A stretch of 63,958 nt of DNA, counting the filler, from Octopus bimaculoides (Eukaryota), in the NCBI RefSeq assembly GCF_001194135.2. It is 6 parts of 6 records of this genome, joined end to end, with 100 filler letters (N's around TTAATTAATTAA, not from the genome) between each part and the next. Parts side by side here need not be neighbours in the genome. Positions count along the whole stretch, not along the records: positions 36,022 to 54,561 come from NC_068990.1; 5 more parts are not named here. One strand, given 5' to 3'. A model generated the notes under the pieces. That model searched no databases, was not told where the DNA came from, and was given only the letters and a program-made list of their open reading frames with translations. The translations under genes and the position numbers were made by a program. Shown here piece by piece: positions 36,618 to 52,430 of this stretch; positions within the stretch are counted from its first letter, which is position 1, and each line of letters begins with the position of its first letter.

Positions 36618-39600
36618 GTAACAAACATTGTTTTCATATTCAACTTTGTTTTTATTGGTTTCTTGGAAGGTACTGTGCCTATGAACTTTGCAGTCCCTCC
36701 AAGAGAAATGTGCAAATAGAAGATCTCAAGGGTTATTCCAAAATGGTGCATTCTGAGAAGAAAGGACTAGATATAGTAGTTAGTGCAGGGCCAGTAAAGT
36801 GGACACAATATGGGTGCTGAGAGGAGGAGATATGTGTAACTTAGGAGTAGCTGAGTGGAGATGGGACTGGCCAGCTCCAAGGAGAAGAGGGCACTGTAAT
36901 AGTGGCTGAAAAGAGAATGGAGATAGATATTAATGACTTGTAGGGATGCAGCATTTCGTTATGCAACCATAATATTTTATCGAGTGTATTAAATGTTTTT
37001 AAAAGTCAATACCATGTTCTACCTAAGTTAGCAGTGTGCTTCACATAGGTTATCTTTACAATATAGCCAGCACTGATTTTTTGTTACGTGCTGGCTATAA
37101 TTTCAATAGAATATCTGTAGAGATAACCTTAACAATTAATGGAGACAGAATATCTGTGATCTGTCCCGCCTCTCTCTATTCCTCTCCCTCTCTCTCTTCC
37201 TCCCCGTCTCTCTATTCCTCTCCCTCTCTTTCACTTCACTCTTTCTGTCTCTCTCTGTCACACTCTAACTTTTCCTCCTCAAACACAAGTTCCCTCCTCA
37301 AATGCCCCTGCCCCTCTCAAAATTCCTTGTCTTGTGAGTTACTTGGTGACCCTGCCAGTGCTGGAGCCACATAAAAAGCATCCAGTCCACACTGTAAAGT
37401 GGTTGGCATTTGGAAGGGCATCCAGCTGTAAAAATCATGCCAAAACTAACCTCACCTGTGCTAGTGCCATGTAAAAAGCACTGAGTCCACTCTGTGGAGT
37501 GGTTGGTGTTAGGAAGGGCATCCAGCAGTTAAAACCCTGCCAAAACAGGCACAGTAACCTAAGGTTGTCTTCTACCTGACTGGCTCCTGTCATCCACCCT
37601 ACCCATGTATACAGGGAAGGTAGATGTTAAAAGATGATGATGATGATGATGCTGATGACTTTTAACACACTCTTAATGTTCAAATTTCTCTATATCCACT
37701 CTTCAGAATAAAGGTTAGTTTACCTAAGCATAAAATTTCTCATTGTAGGAGGAGCAGCTCTTGATTTGAATGCTGTTCAACCAAAGCCAAAGAAGTGGAT
37801 TTCAGATATGACTTGGCTTAATTTGGTGACTTTGAGTAACTTATCACAGTTTGCACAGATTCTTGGACAGGTAACAAGAAATGATAAGGTAAGAACAAAT
37901 GAAATATCTCCTAATATAACAATATAATAATGAACATAGCATTTTTATACATTTGTATATTTGTATACTCTTTACTCTTTTACTTGTTTCACTCATTTGA
38001 CTGTGGCCATGCTGGAGCACCGCCTTTAGTCGAGCAAATCGACCCCAGGACTTATTCTTTGTAAGCCTAGTACTTATTCTATCGGTCTCTTTTTGCCGAA
38101 CCACTAAGTTACGGGGATGTAAACTTACCAGCATCGGTTCTCAAGCAATGGTGGGGGGACAAACACAGACACACAAACATATACACACACACATACATAT
38201 ATACGACAGGCTTCTTTCAGTTTCCGTCTACCAAATCCACTCACAAGGCTTTGGTCGGCCCGAGGCTATAGTAGAAGACACTTGCCCAAGGTGCCACACA
38301 GTGGGACTGAACCCGGAACCATGCGGTTCGTAAGCAAGCTACTTACCACACAGCCACTCCTATGCCTATGTATATATATCTGTACAGAATCACACCAGAT
38401 GCGAAGGAGGAGAGAAAATAGTAATTCAGTGAAGGAGAAAAATAGCCCTGACTGAGAGAGACTGAGAGAAAGTAATAGCAATGAAAGAAAGGAAGGGGTG
38501 ATGGATGAATAAGGAAGAAAGGGGTGATGGATGAATAAGGAAGGAAGGGGTGATGGATGAATAAGGAAGGAAGGGGTGATGGATGAATAAGGAAGGAAGG
38601 GGTGGAAAGAAAAACATCAGTGTTTCAACTCTGTGTGTGTAACTGTGTGTATGTATGTGCAAGGGAAGTATGTGAATGTTTGTATGTGTGATTATTATGT
38701 ACCTTATTTTATGCCTTATTTATATGTAAAATACAATAATTAGCCATCATTATTGACAGTGGTCAGCTAGTATAAATTATATAAAGTATAGGTTCAGTTT
38801 CACAGTGTAGAACCATAGAAGGGTGTCTTCTACTGTAACCCCAGCCTGGCTAGGGGCTTGTGAGTGGTTTTAGTAGACAGAAACTGGATAAACACCCATC
38901 ATGTATGCATGTATGTATGTATTGTGTGTGTGTGTGCTTGCATGTATGTGTGCATGTACACATGCGTGTGTGTGTGTGTGTGTGTGTGTGCATGCATGTA
39001 TGCATGTATGCTTGCATGTGCATGTGTATGTGTGTTTATGCATGTGTGTGTGGTGTGTGCCTGTATGTGTGTGCATGTATATTCATGTATATACATGCAA
39101 ATGTGCATCTGTGTACATGTTTGTGTGTGTCTGTGTGCACATACATGTATGCACATGTACACATGCATATGTGCAAATGTGAGTGTATGTGTGTCTCCTT
39201 GACTTGAGATTGCATGGTCATTGTAAACAAGTATGACCATCAGGCCAGTGGTGTCATTTGTTTGTAATCTTTTGTGAAAACACAGCCATCGCTATGGTAA
39301 TGGCAAGGGTGGGGTCGTCATCAGCAAGTGGATACAGGCATAGAAAATCTACACTAAGCACTTGCCCAAGGTGTCATGCAGTGAGATTGAACCCAGACCC
39401 ATGTGACTGGGAAGCAACCTTCTTACTACACAACCATGCCTGCATGTACTCTTTTACTCTCTTACTTGTTTCAGTCATTTGACTGTGGCCATGCTGGAGC
39501 ACGACCTTTAGTCGAGTAAATCAACCCCAGGACTTATTCTTTGTAAGCCTAGTACTTATTCTATCGGTCTCTTTTGCCAAACCGCTATGTTACGGGGATG

Positions 39601-39662
39601 TAAACACACCAGCATCGGTTGTCAAGCGATGTTAGGGGGGACAAACACAGACACACAAACAC

Positions 39663-39697
<35 letters not shown>

Positions 39698-42600
39698 NNN
39701 NNNNNNNNAGGCCAGTGGTGTCATTTGTTTGTAATCTTTTGTGAAAACACAGCCATCGCTATGGTAATGGCAAGGGTGGGGTCGTCATCAGCAAGTGGAT
39801 ACAGGCATAGAAAATCTACACTAAGCACTTGCCCAAGGTGCCATGCAGTGGGACTGAACCCGGAACCATGTGGTTGGTAAGCAAGCTACTTACCACACAG
39901 CCACTCCGTGTATAAAATAGATATTTTGTCCATAAAAAAGTCAACTGATGTCCTTATTACAAGTGAAATCTGTCTGTAAGACCACTTCATTATAAATAAA
40001 CCTTTCAGAAGATTTATAAGTAATTCATCTTAATTGTTTATTTTCTATCAATGTTTGTTTACTGCCTGTCTTACTATGAAACTTAGAAATAATTGTAAAT
40101 GATCAATACTAATTATGGGTGTAATAAGTCATAGCTATTTTGGCATGTATATGTAATATATCTTTGCTGGATCTGCTGGCTGTGATAGTGCTTCTAAAGT
40201 GCTTTAGTTGTTAGGTTCTGGGTCAAATTTGATCAAATAGACTTTTTGTTTCTAGTAAAGAACGATGTGAATACTATTAGAATTATATGTGTATGTTTAA
40301 CCCTTCAGTATTCAAACTGGCCATATCAGGCCCAGATATTCTACCTGTTTTGCATTCAAAGTGACCAGATCAGGCTTTTCACACCTACTCTACAGTGTCA
40401 TTTTAAAAATAAACAATCATGTCATTGAAATCTCAAAGCTATGAGAAAATGTATGATAAATTCAAAACAATATGAATGAAAAAGCATTACATTTGACAGA
40501 GTAATCGGAATACTAAAGGGTTAAGATACATACAACTGAATTACTTCTATCAATTTATTTCTTTTATGTGAAGGCCTGGAAGCATTGGTTTGATGATAAT
40601 GTCCCAGAAGAGGCCCAAATACCAGATGGCTACACTGAATCATTAGATTCCTGGCACAAACTATTACTGATACGCTCGTGGTGCCCAGATCGTGTTATTC
40701 CGATGGCAAGGATATTTGTTGCTGAAGCAATGGGACCTCAGGTGTGTATCCTGATGCTGATGGTTCTCTCTCTCTCTATTTTTCTCTCTCTCTATTTCTC
40801 TCTCCCCATCTCTCTTTCTCTTTCTTTTCCTATCTAACATTGCCACATACGTCTGTAACATTTCATATTCATAATTGAAGAAATAAAATAATACTGGTAA
40901 TAAAGTGATTTTTTTCTTTTTGTTGATAACTGACAAAGTTAGATCTATGTTTGTGACCAAACTTAATAGATAATGCACAACTTACATGCTAGGCATCTTG
41001 TATTTGTATCTTGTCTCAATAAATGCACTTGCTTCTTGCATCAGGTATTTGGACTTATCTTTCCAGTTTAAATTTTACGATCAAAAATATAAAACTGGCT
41101 TTTTAGAAAAGGTTGAATGTTACTGGATATTTCATGGGCAGTTGGAGAATAAATTGGTTACAAATTTTGGCACAAAGCCAGCAAATTCGGAGGAGGGGGT
41201 GAGTCAATTTCATTGACCCAAATGCTTAACTGGTACTTATTTTATTGATCCTAAAAGGATGAAAGGCAAAGTCGGCCTCAGTGGAACTTGAACTCAGAAT
41301 GTGAAGACAGATGAAATGACTCTAAGCATTTTGCCTGTTTTGCTATCGACGCCACCAGTTCACTGCCTCAGTTGAAAAATATATTGCTAAAATTTCTTTT
41401 AAGGTTTATTGGCCTTTTGTCTTTGTACTGTCATGAAAATATATATCATTATTATTATAATGATGTATATAACAGCATAGTCTCTTGGAGAGATTATGCT
41501 ATTAATCTCACTGAAATGTCTTTATGAACTACATAGTGCTATAAAATGATCAACATAGGTAACTACTATTACTGGATAAGGATTAGGAATCCCTTTTGTT
41601 TTAATATCTAGTAGTTTAACTAAATCATATTCAAATGTATCCCCAGGCAGATATAATCACTCTGTGCTATCTGCGCCTTTTTTCTGTGAGTCAAATGCAG
41701 TATTAATGGTTCTACCAAAATTCAAATATTGTTCATTGTAGCATTGTTGATTTTTAAAACTTGCACTGATCCCTGAATGACAATTATTCCTTCATTTATT
41801 CATTTTATATGCTATTCTGTTAATTACCATTGATTTAGACTCTGTGTAAGATGGAGGACAAAAAAATATAAGTGTAAGTTTGTTTAAAACCGTAACCATT
41901 TTCCCAAAGCTGATAATTATAGAGCAAAAGAAGTTAGGTGGATTTTTGCAAGCAAACTAATTTCATATTCTTACAAACTGGCTTTCATATTTTCATGCCA
42001 CAATGTGTCAAATAAAAAGAACTTTTTAAATTGATTGTTACAGTTTGCTGAAAGTGGAATTTTGAATTTGGAAGATATATGTGATGAATCTGACAATCAT
42101 ACTCCTATGATTTGCTTTCTGTCAATGGGTTCTGATCCAACAAGCAATATTGAGAAGCTTGCTAAAAAGAAAGTTATGAGTAAGTATTAACTTGTAATTA
42201 TAATACTCCAGTTTACATATAATGGTATCAAAAAGGAATTACAAATTGAATTTTTTTAGTATCTGCTATTGATCTGGCAGAAGCAATTTGAAGTTTTACA
42301 GTTGAACTCATATCGATTTTTGATTCCAAATAAATCATTTGATAAAAGTATTAATTAGCAAAGTACAGCTATATGTTGGAAACATGACTGATTGAGTACC
42401 AAGGAGACATATCTACATATATTTGGTGTCACTGTAACATTAGACTGTCACATTAGACCCTATGAGGGTCTTTTCAGCAGCTTGTGATGAGGATGAAACT
42501 GACTAGTTTTTTTTCTTATATAATGATTTATCAGGATTAGTGTACATCTTCCTCTTGTTGTAGGATAATAACTATGTTAAAGGAAGGTAGAACACAGGAC

Positions 42601-45600
42601 AGTGAAATACTTACTTGTAGGTATAACCAATAAATAATATAAAAATGAGCTATAGAAAATTGGTAGAATAACTTCACAAAGATGATAATAAATGAGTGAA
42701 TATGCCTACAGATCACAGCAAAGTCAATGTATTGTGGTGCTTGGTTGTCAATTGAAGAAATATATGACTGTATTCAATTTTTAAGGAAAGCAATGAAATG
42801 TAGAAATGCTGCAAAACATAATATAGGTTACCTAAAATGAAAGTGATAGGAAATGAAATATTACAGTACTTATCTGTGGATTCTGTTTAACAAACTAATG
42901 AAGAACAAATATCCTTTGTGATGAATTATTCATGTCTGCTACTTCAATATACTGAAAAAAATGTGATTTCTATACATGTAAAATCACAAACATGAAATGA
43001 ATGGATATGAAACAACACATTAAAATGAAAATTTGCGAGTCTGAGCAATGCACAAGCATGTCCTGGCCCAAAGCTGTCAGTGTCTGCATTTAAAAATGAA
43101 AATTTGCTTTAATTCTTCAAACAATTTTATTCTTCAGTTTCCCTTATGCCCTAAAACAATTTCTTTTTCTTCATTTTAATTTTTACCTTTATTGTAAATA
43201 AATTTATTTAATGAGACAATGTAATGACTGTCACATGTAATTAATATATATGAAATATATATTTAGTAAGACAACATAAAGTTCATCAGTGAAAGAATTG
43301 ATTAAATATATCATGTAGGACAAATAGTTACAAGGGATAAGATTCATGTTCTAATGATTATAATTTATTTTGCTGATCAGTTAGATTTAAGAAGAACATA
43401 TTTTAATAATATAGGTCCTATTAGAAGCTTTCATTTTGCTTTCAAAACTCTGTCTCCAAAATAGCAACATAGTGCTAAATAGAAATTTTTAATTTCCTTA
43501 TCAAATTACATTAAGAAAAACTGTTTGTTGTTTTACTAGTTTCATTTTTGAAAGAATCATTTTACCTACGAAATATATGTGTTGGGGTGAAGGTGTGTGG
43601 CTTAGTGGTTAGGGTATTTGACTCACAGTCATCAGGTCATGAGTTCAATTCCCAGTGATGTGTTGTGTCCTTGAGCAAGACACTTTATTTCACGTTGCTC
43701 CAGTCCACCAAGCTGACAAAGATGAGTAGTATCTGTATTTCAAAGGGCCAGCCTTGTCACATTCCCTGAGAACCATGTTAAGGGTACACATGTCTGTGGA
43801 GTGTTCAGCCACTTGCACATTAATTTCGCAAGCAGGCTGTTTCATTGATCTGATCAGCAGGAACCTCCATCATCGTAACCAACAGAGTGCTTTTATATGA
43901 GTTGGATTGGTTTGTCATATGTACTCATTGCACCATATTCTTTGAGAACAAATCTTTAGATTAAGTAAAACTGAGGTTAGGGTTAGGGTTAGAAAAATAA
44001 TCTTCTTATTAATTTATTAAAAGTCTCCTCAGTTTACTATTGAAGGTAAGTGCTAGGAAGAACATCAAGTTGTCCAGTTATCCAGTTGTCCAACAAATAC
44101 ACCTTGAAGTCAAACATTTTTTCTTGACTTCTGTTTCTTGATGCTCAAACTAAACATTAAAGGTATTTATTTCAAAAGTCTGAGAGGATCTTCAAAGCTC
44201 TTGGATACCTTGCTTCATTTTTGAATAGCTAATAAAGGAAATCATTTTAAAGATGCATGAGTTGAAGTGACAAGAAATTCTTTTAACATTAATAATTTAA
44301 CTTGCAGAATGTGGTGCCATATCCATGGGACAAGGTCAAGAGGTCCATGCCAGAAAATTAGTGAGTATATCAATGCAAGAGGGTCATTGGGTCTTGCTAC
44401 AGAACTGCCATCTTGGATTAGAATTCATGACTGAATTATTTGTCACTGTAAGTAAACTTTTTTCTGGTCCAGAGACATTTTAACTTTTAGATGTTTGTCT
44501 TGCATTTTGGGTGCTTGATAGAAAGAGGTTGTTGATATCATAGTAGATGGTACATATTCTTCATCTTGTGTTCCTGTCTTCTTTTATGATTTTTTTGTGG
44601 AGTGATTTTCAGGAGAATTCTGATGAGGGTGTCTTCTTGTATTGCATTGTGCTTGCTTGCTTCTTGCTTCATGCTCTCACTTGATGGGACTGGGGTAATC
44701 CCAGGTTAGAGGTCTCAGACGCATCATCATGTGTAGAGTCAACCAGGTCCACCAGTGCTCTCCATCACTGGTGGTCCCATGCCAGATCTTTTGCATCTTG
44801 CAAGATGACATTGAGCTCCTGGAAATCTTCCCCAATCACATCCAACCATCTGGTGTGGGGCCTTCCACAGGGCCTCTTCCTGCCCATAGCTGCTGCATTG
44901 AACATGAGTAAGGCCCTGGTAGGATGATCTGGTTGGAGGAGCAAGATGTCAGTAATAGCACATGCAGTAGGGAGCTGTAGGCTGGCATGTGTATGCATGC
45001 AGCTCTTCATTGGAAACATGTATTGCAGTGTGAGTATTTTATTTGATGTTGTTATTGAGAGAGTATAATGTATAGTGTAACCATTTTTTGTTGATGCTGA
45101 CACTAATTATTCTGTGGTTTACCAGTTTTGTTTGTTTGGCTCCTGTGCAGGTGGCACATAAAATACACCATTTTGAGCATGGCCGTTGCCAGTACTGCCT
45201 GACTGGCTTTCGTGCAGGTGGCACGTAAAAGCACCCACTACATTCTCGGAGTGGTGGGTGTTAGGAAGGGCATCCAGCTGTAGAAACTCTGCCAAATCAG
45301 ATTGGAGCCTGGTGTAGCCATTCAGTTCACCAGTCCTCAGTCAAATCGTCCAACCCATGCTAGCATGGAGAGCAGACGTTAAACGCCGATGATGATGATG
45401 ATGTTGGATATAAACGATTATTTACTTGTTTAACACCAGTTGAATGTGGTTTTGGTGTATAGTGTTTGAAGGCTTTTATGAGGTTAGCTATTTTTGATGT
45501 GTAACTGAGGTTGTATTTTCCTTTGTTGGATGAATTTTTAAATACATTTCTATAATTATTTTTTGAAATTATTTAATGTGGTGCCTATGATAAACTAATT

Positions 45601-46388
45601 GATTTAGGTAGGAGAGGTGACTAATGATTGTTGAATTAATAAAAGAAAATATAAACTTGTTTCTTTTCAAGGTGACTACTACAGAAAAAATTAATGAGGA
45701 CTTCCGTTGTTGGGTAACCACAGAAGAACATCCAAAGTTCCCAATTAATCTTCTCCAGGTGTCTCTTAAATTTACCAACGAGCCACCCCAGGGAATAAAA
45801 GCTGGGTTAAAAAGGACTTATGGCAATGTGACGCAGGTAACGTTTGCCTAGTTCCTACTTCTCTCTGTTGTATAGTGTACTAATATTTCCGGTAGTGCTG
45901 CTGGAAATAAAAGCAATAACAATGCTGATGGTGTTGGCGCTGATGCTGATTCTGGTTACAGTGCTATTGTTGTTGTTGTTTTGTCTTTGTTGTTGTTGTT
46001 GTGGTGTCGACAGTAGTGGTGATGTTGATGTTTCTTTTGTTGTTTTATGCAGGAGCAACTGGATATTAATGCTACACTAACATGGAAAATGATGTTGTAT
46101 GCTGTAGCATTTCTGCACACAACTGTTCAAGAAAGGAGGAAATTTGGTCCTATAGGATGGAATATTCCCTATGAGTTCAACCAAGCAGATTTCACAGCAA
46201 CTGTGCAATTCATTCAGACACATTTAGATGAAATTGACCCGAAGAAAGTAAGTATCCCTTACTTAAGAACACAGTCTATAAGGCATTATGTTTTAGAATT
46301 TATTTCAATAGGTGATGACATGCTCAGATTCTTGATAAAACATTTGAAAGCCCATTGCAGGAATAGGGCTATATTTTTTTCTCTAAAT

Positions 46389-46447
<59 letters not shown>

Positions 46448-48345
46448 TTGAAAAAAGAAAAAAAATGAAATCACAAGTAGTTCTAATTAGTTTAATTTAT
46501 TGTTTTAAAATTTTTTAATAATATAAATTTTAGTTCATAGATCTNNNNNNNNNNNNNNNNNNNNNNNNNNNNNNNNNNNNNNNNNNNNNNNNNNNNNNNN
46601 NNNNNNNNNNNNNNNNNNNNNNNNNNNNNNNNNNNNNNNNNNNNNNNNNNNNNNNNNNNNNNNNNNNNNNNNNNNNNNNNNNNNNNNNNNNNNNNNNNNN
46701 NNNNNNNNNNNNNNNNNNNNNNNNNNNNNNNNNNNNNNNNNNNNNNNNNNNNNNNNNNNNNNNNNNNNNNNNNNNNNNNNNNNNNNNNNNNNNNNNNNNN
46801 NNNNNNNNNNNNNNNNNNNNATATCAGTCAGTTCTGATTATCATCACCTGGTGAACAGTTGGTCAGTTACTAGGCATTTGGTAGTAAATACCATATCCTT
46901 TTTTTCTTTCTTTAATCTATGAGGGCTGTTTTGGCATTGTATAGCAAATCAGGCGTTAATGACCTCAAAGAAGAGAAACTGTCAGTCCATGACCATAGAG
47001 CAGAGACAATAGAGAGGAAGGTTGACACAAATTGTATAAAGGAATTGGAGTAGAAATTGTATTTTTTCAGTCAATTTTGACTAATCTGTTCACTCTCTTC
47101 TCTTCACTCAGTATGGCTATAAACATGTCCTCCACCCACTCCTTATTATCTCCGCTCTACAATGTATCTTTCCATTAACCCATTAGTATTCAAATTATTT
47201 TGTCAAATGTAATGTTATTTTTTTTTACTGCTTTGAAATAATCAAGTATTATCCTGTAACTTTGGAAGTTTGATGATGTGATTGCTTATTTTTAGAATGA
47301 CATGGAAGCATAGGCGTGTGAGGTCAGATCTTGTTGGCTTGAACACAAAACAGATAGAATATTTGAGTCAGATCTTGTTGGCTTGAACACAAAACATAGA
47401 ATATTTGAGCCAGATGTGGTTGGTTTTAATGTTAAAGGGTTAACACAATCACTATCGCTTTCTTTTGTATATATATATATACCAGCTACCTTCTCACTGC
47501 ATGTTTATCCCATTCATTCTCATTCTCTACTGCAAAGTTATATATTCTTGGAAGCATTTCAAACCTATGAAAATTTCAGTTATTCTTCTATCTACAACAT
47601 TCAACTTATTCTTCATTGTATAATGGTTAGATGACAAAATTTTGAGTTTCAATGGAGGCTGACTTTTTACTTGATGCTAAATGTAATTATTAAGCTTCAA
47701 ATTTAAAATACATTTGAAATTATGAATGAAAATGCTTGTTTATTACAAATAAGATACTTTCATAGAATTTTTTTTTCCAAATATATCTTATATTTACTTT
47801 ATAGGGAGTTTCCTGGAGCACAGTTCGTTACATGATCAGTGAAGTGCAATATGGTGGTCGTGTCACTGACGATTTTGACAAAAGGCTGTTAAATACTTTT
47901 GCTAAAGTGTGGTTTTGTGAAGAGATGTTTTCAGATACTTTCAGTTTCTATACTGGTATGATTAAAATTTTACCTTTTAGAATTATTTGTATGTAGCCAG
48001 TAGCCATCTGAATGTATTGAACAAGAGTGAGATATTTTAAGATAGTTCATCATCACAGTTGGCTTCATTGACCCATGAATTGGACAGGAACATTATAATT
48101 TTGTTGTATTACTTTATCTTTTTTTACTTGTTTCAGTCATTAGACTATGGCTATGCTGGGGCACCACCTTGAAGGACTTTTTAGTCATTCAAATCGACCC
48201 CAGGACTTAGTTTGTTTAAGCCTAGTACTTATTCTATCGGTTTCTTTTGTTGAGCCGTTCAGTTACAAGGATGTAGATGTAGACACACCAACACTGGTTG
48301 TCAAGCTGTCATGGGGTACAAACACAGACATCAAGACACACACAT

Positions 48346-48381
<36 letters not shown>

Positions 48382-51300
48382 TCTTATAACGTGCTTCTTT
48401 CAGTTTCCATCTGCTGAATCCACTCACAAGACTTTGGTCGGTCTAAGGCTATAGCAGAAGACACTTGCCCAAAGTGCAATGCAGTGGGATTGAACCCAGA
48501 ACCATGTCGTCAGGAAGCAAGCTTCTTACCACACAGCCATGCCTGTTTTTGGTGAGATCTATTTTATGGCTGATCCCAAAACTACATTCATCTGTTACAT
48601 TCTTCCAAGATGTTTGCAGCAAGATTCCAGCAGTTAAAAAGCTCTGACTCTCTGCTTCTTGTGGGTGCTTTTGTTTCTCTTGCTGTCATAACAGTGGATA
48701 TATTTTGTTTAATGTTAAACCCCCTTTTCTTTAAAAAAGATAGGATTATTGCTCAGCATACACTGCTGGATGTTAACAGTGGCATTGACATATAATAACT
48801 TTGTATGACAAATGCATTTCTTCAATATCCTATCTATTAAACATTTTGTATTCTATTTACTGGTATTCTGTCAATTATGATAATGAGGGATCCAGTTTAT
48901 CTGATCAACAGAACAGCCTGCATGTGAAATTAACGTGCAAGTGGCTGAACACTCCACAGTCACATGTACCCTTAATGTAGTTCTTGGAGAGATTCAGTGT
49001 AACAGAGCATGTGACAAGGCTGACCCTTTGAATTACAGGTACTACTCATTTTTGCCAGCTGAGTGTACTGGAGCAACAGGAAATAAAGACCCAATGCACC
49101 ACCAGGATTGAACTCCTGACCTAGCAATTGTATAGCAATTGTGAGCCAATTACCCTAACCACTAAGCCATGCACCTTCATTCATCCAACTAATTTATGTG
49201 TAACCAATTTAATTGATGAAATGATGTTTAAATTTGTAATGAAAGAAAGTTTATCTTGCTTTGTGTGTGACTGATTATACAGCCATTCATTCTGAGAATG
49301 AACATCTTCATGAAAAAGAAATATAAGCTTGTTAATAAACTAATTGACTACTATTTTATATTTGTAGAAAGTTAAATAGGAACATATTTTGACTTTATTA
49401 ACAGGTTACACAATACCAAAATTCAAGACACTTGAGGATTTCCGCCAGTTTATTGAACAACTCCCTCCAGTGGACACACCACAAGCTTTTGGTTTACATC
49501 CCAATGCTGATATTACGTAAGAGTACATTTTCAAACCTAAATAATGCTTTGCGTCGTCAGAACAAATATTCTTCCATAAAATTTCAGTTTCTATTTAAAT
49601 AACATTTGAAACTATTAAAGTTCCTCCTTCTGTATAATATAATATGCAAGTTTTTTCCCTTATGTTATAGATCTGTAAATTTATGTTTTCCTGTGCAAGC
49701 TCATCAGTTGTTTCCAAAGTTGTCTGTTTACTTACTCAGCAGTCAATACAAAATCTTTTGGAAGACTTATTGTAAACATATGGCTATATTTATATCTGCA
49801 TATTGTTCAACTTTAACTCTTAAGGTCCTGCAATGTTTCCTGTATATAAGTCTCTTCATTCTGCTAGAAACTAGAGACTTTGATGAGATGTACTTAGTCT
49901 TGTATAAAGTCACAAAAATATAACTATTGCATGAATTTGGATGAAATTGCTGACACAGTATAATGATCATTGGTATACATTGTAGGTATGGCTTTTACTT
50001 GTCATATCTCTCAGGTAGGTTAGATACAGGTAAGTTTATTACACAAAGGTACAAAGGTGCAGGAGTGGCTGTGTGGTAAGTAGCTTGCTTACCAGCCACA
50101 TGGTTCTGGGTTCAGTCCCACTGCATGGCACTTTGGGCAAGTGTCTTCTACTATAGCCTCGGGCCGACCAAAGCCTTGTGAGTGGATTTAGTAGACGGAA
50201 ACTGAAAGAAGCCCGTCGTATAAATGTATATATATATATATATATATATATGTTTGTGTGTTTGTGTTTGTCCCCCTACCGTCGCTTGACAACCGATGCT
50301 GGTATGTTTACGTCCCCCGTAACTTAGTGGTTCGGCAAAAGAGACCGATAGAATAAGTACTAGGCTTACAAAAAATATGTCCTGGGGTCGATTTGTTCGA
50401 CTAAAGGTGGTGCTCCAGCATGGCCACAGTCAAATGACTGAAACAAGCAAAAGAGTAAAGAGATATGTCTTCATAAGTATTTACAACACATCAATTCCTG
50501 GGCATTGATTTCTTGTCTCAGAGTTGAATTTGCACTCCAGTTAGTGTCTGAGACGCGAAAACAGTGCAGCTCACACAAGAAAAAGAATGCAGATGTGTTG
50601 TCATCTCCACAATTGAAAGGTTTTGTAAGGCTCAGTAAATTAGAGTTATTTGCTCTTATTGCTATGATTACACTCTCCATATATGTCATCCAGTATACAG
50701 AGATGCCATATTGAAAATATATCAGAAAATTAATATCTTTATTTTTTTTAATCCTTACCAGATCAAGACAATATCATTTGACACACTCCCGCTCAGAATT
50801 GATAATTTCTGATACCACTAAGATCAATAGTGCAGATAACACTAACATACAGCTCTTAATTCTTATACTTATATAGAGTTTAAGCTATCTTCCTATAATT
50901 AATTCCCTAACAAATAAATGACATTAAATAAATCGATACTCTTTTATTTGTTTCAGTCATTTGACTGTGGCCATGCTGGAGCACCACCTTTAGTCGAGCA
51001 AATCGACCCCAGGACTTATTCTATAGCCTAGTACTTATTCTATCAGTCTTTTTTGCCGAACCGTTAAGTTACGGGGACATAAACACAGCAGCAGCGGTTG
51101 TCAAGCAATGTTGAGGGGACAAACACAGACACACAAACATATATACACATATATATATATACATATACATATATACGACTGGCTTCTTTTAGTTTCCGTC
51201 TACCAAATCCACTCACAAGGCTTTGGTCGGCCCGAGGCTATAGTAGAAGACACTTGCCCAAGGTGCCACGCAGTGGGACTGAACCCGGAACCATGTGGTT

Positions 51301-52430
51301 GGTAAGCAAGCTACTTTCCACACAGCCACTCCTACGCCTACGGGAAATTTAAAAAACAAAAAACAGCAATCGTAAAGATAGTAATAAAAGGATAGTTTAT
51401 TGCTTCACACATTTCAGATATCAAACCAATACAGCCAATGATCTACTTTTGACTATGATGAATATTCAACCAAAAGAATCCCGAGGTGGAGAAGGTGAGA
51501 CAAGAGAGAGTGTTGTCTACAAATATGCTAATGACATGCTTGAGAAGATGCCACATAGTTATAACCCATTTGAGGTAAATACAAATTTTTGCATCAGAAT
51601 TATCATCACCCTCTAATATCCATTTTCCATGCTGGCATGGGTTGGACGGTTTGATGGGAACTGGCCAGCTGTAGAGCTGTCCAGGCTCCACGTCCCTTTT
51701 AGGACATTTTCTATAGCTGGATGCTCTTCCTAATGCCAACCACTTAACAGAGTGTACTGGGTGCATTTACATGGAACAGGTGCTTTTTATGTGACACCAG
51801 TACCCAAGAGCCTATGAGATTAGGGACACTCAGCTGGAGAGGGATGCAGAAGACAGTCTGTATGAAAGGACAACCATGGTTTTACTTAGCTTGATGTTTG
51901 TACCATTACTGGAATAAACATGTTATTTAGGATGTAGATGATTATAATTGAAATATTCAATTTTGAGCTGATGAAAAGTTAATATTGTAGAAGAGTTGGT
52001 ATGACAGTCAATTTACTCACATGTCGTCTCCTTCATTGGACATGAAACTTGGCTTGCGAAGACCTGTTGGGGCAAGTGAAAGCGAAATCTTGATGGCACC
52101 TGTGCCCAGCGTCGCCTTCCTGGCACTTGTGCCGGTGGCATGTGTAGAGACATTTGAGCGAGGTCGTTGCCAGTGCCGCTGGACTGGCTCCTGTGCAGGT
52201 GGCACGTAAAATACACCATTTTGAGCGTGGCTGTTGCCAGTACCGCCTGACTGGCCTTTATGCCAGTGGCATGTAAAAACACCCACTACACTCTCAGAGT
52301 GGTTGGCATTAGGAAGGGCATCCAGCTGTAGAAACTGCCAAATCAGATTGGAGCCTGGTGTAGCCATCTGGTTCACCAGTCCTCAGTCAAATCGTCCAAC
52401 CCATGCCAGCATGGAAAGCGGACGTTAAAC

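Noticed and set aside
36347-36820. 157-aa ORF as a standalone gene; likewise 46047-46451 and 40568-40837
   Set aside because: Dynein similarity stops at GT donors and resumes in the next exon; the extensions are intronic read-through.
39242-39832. Identical ~125-bp duplication (39242-39365 and 39709-39832)
   Set aside because: The second copy starts right after an 11-N gap and switches SINE heads at the shared cacttgcccaaggtg k-mer; most likely a misassembly or haplotype overlap.
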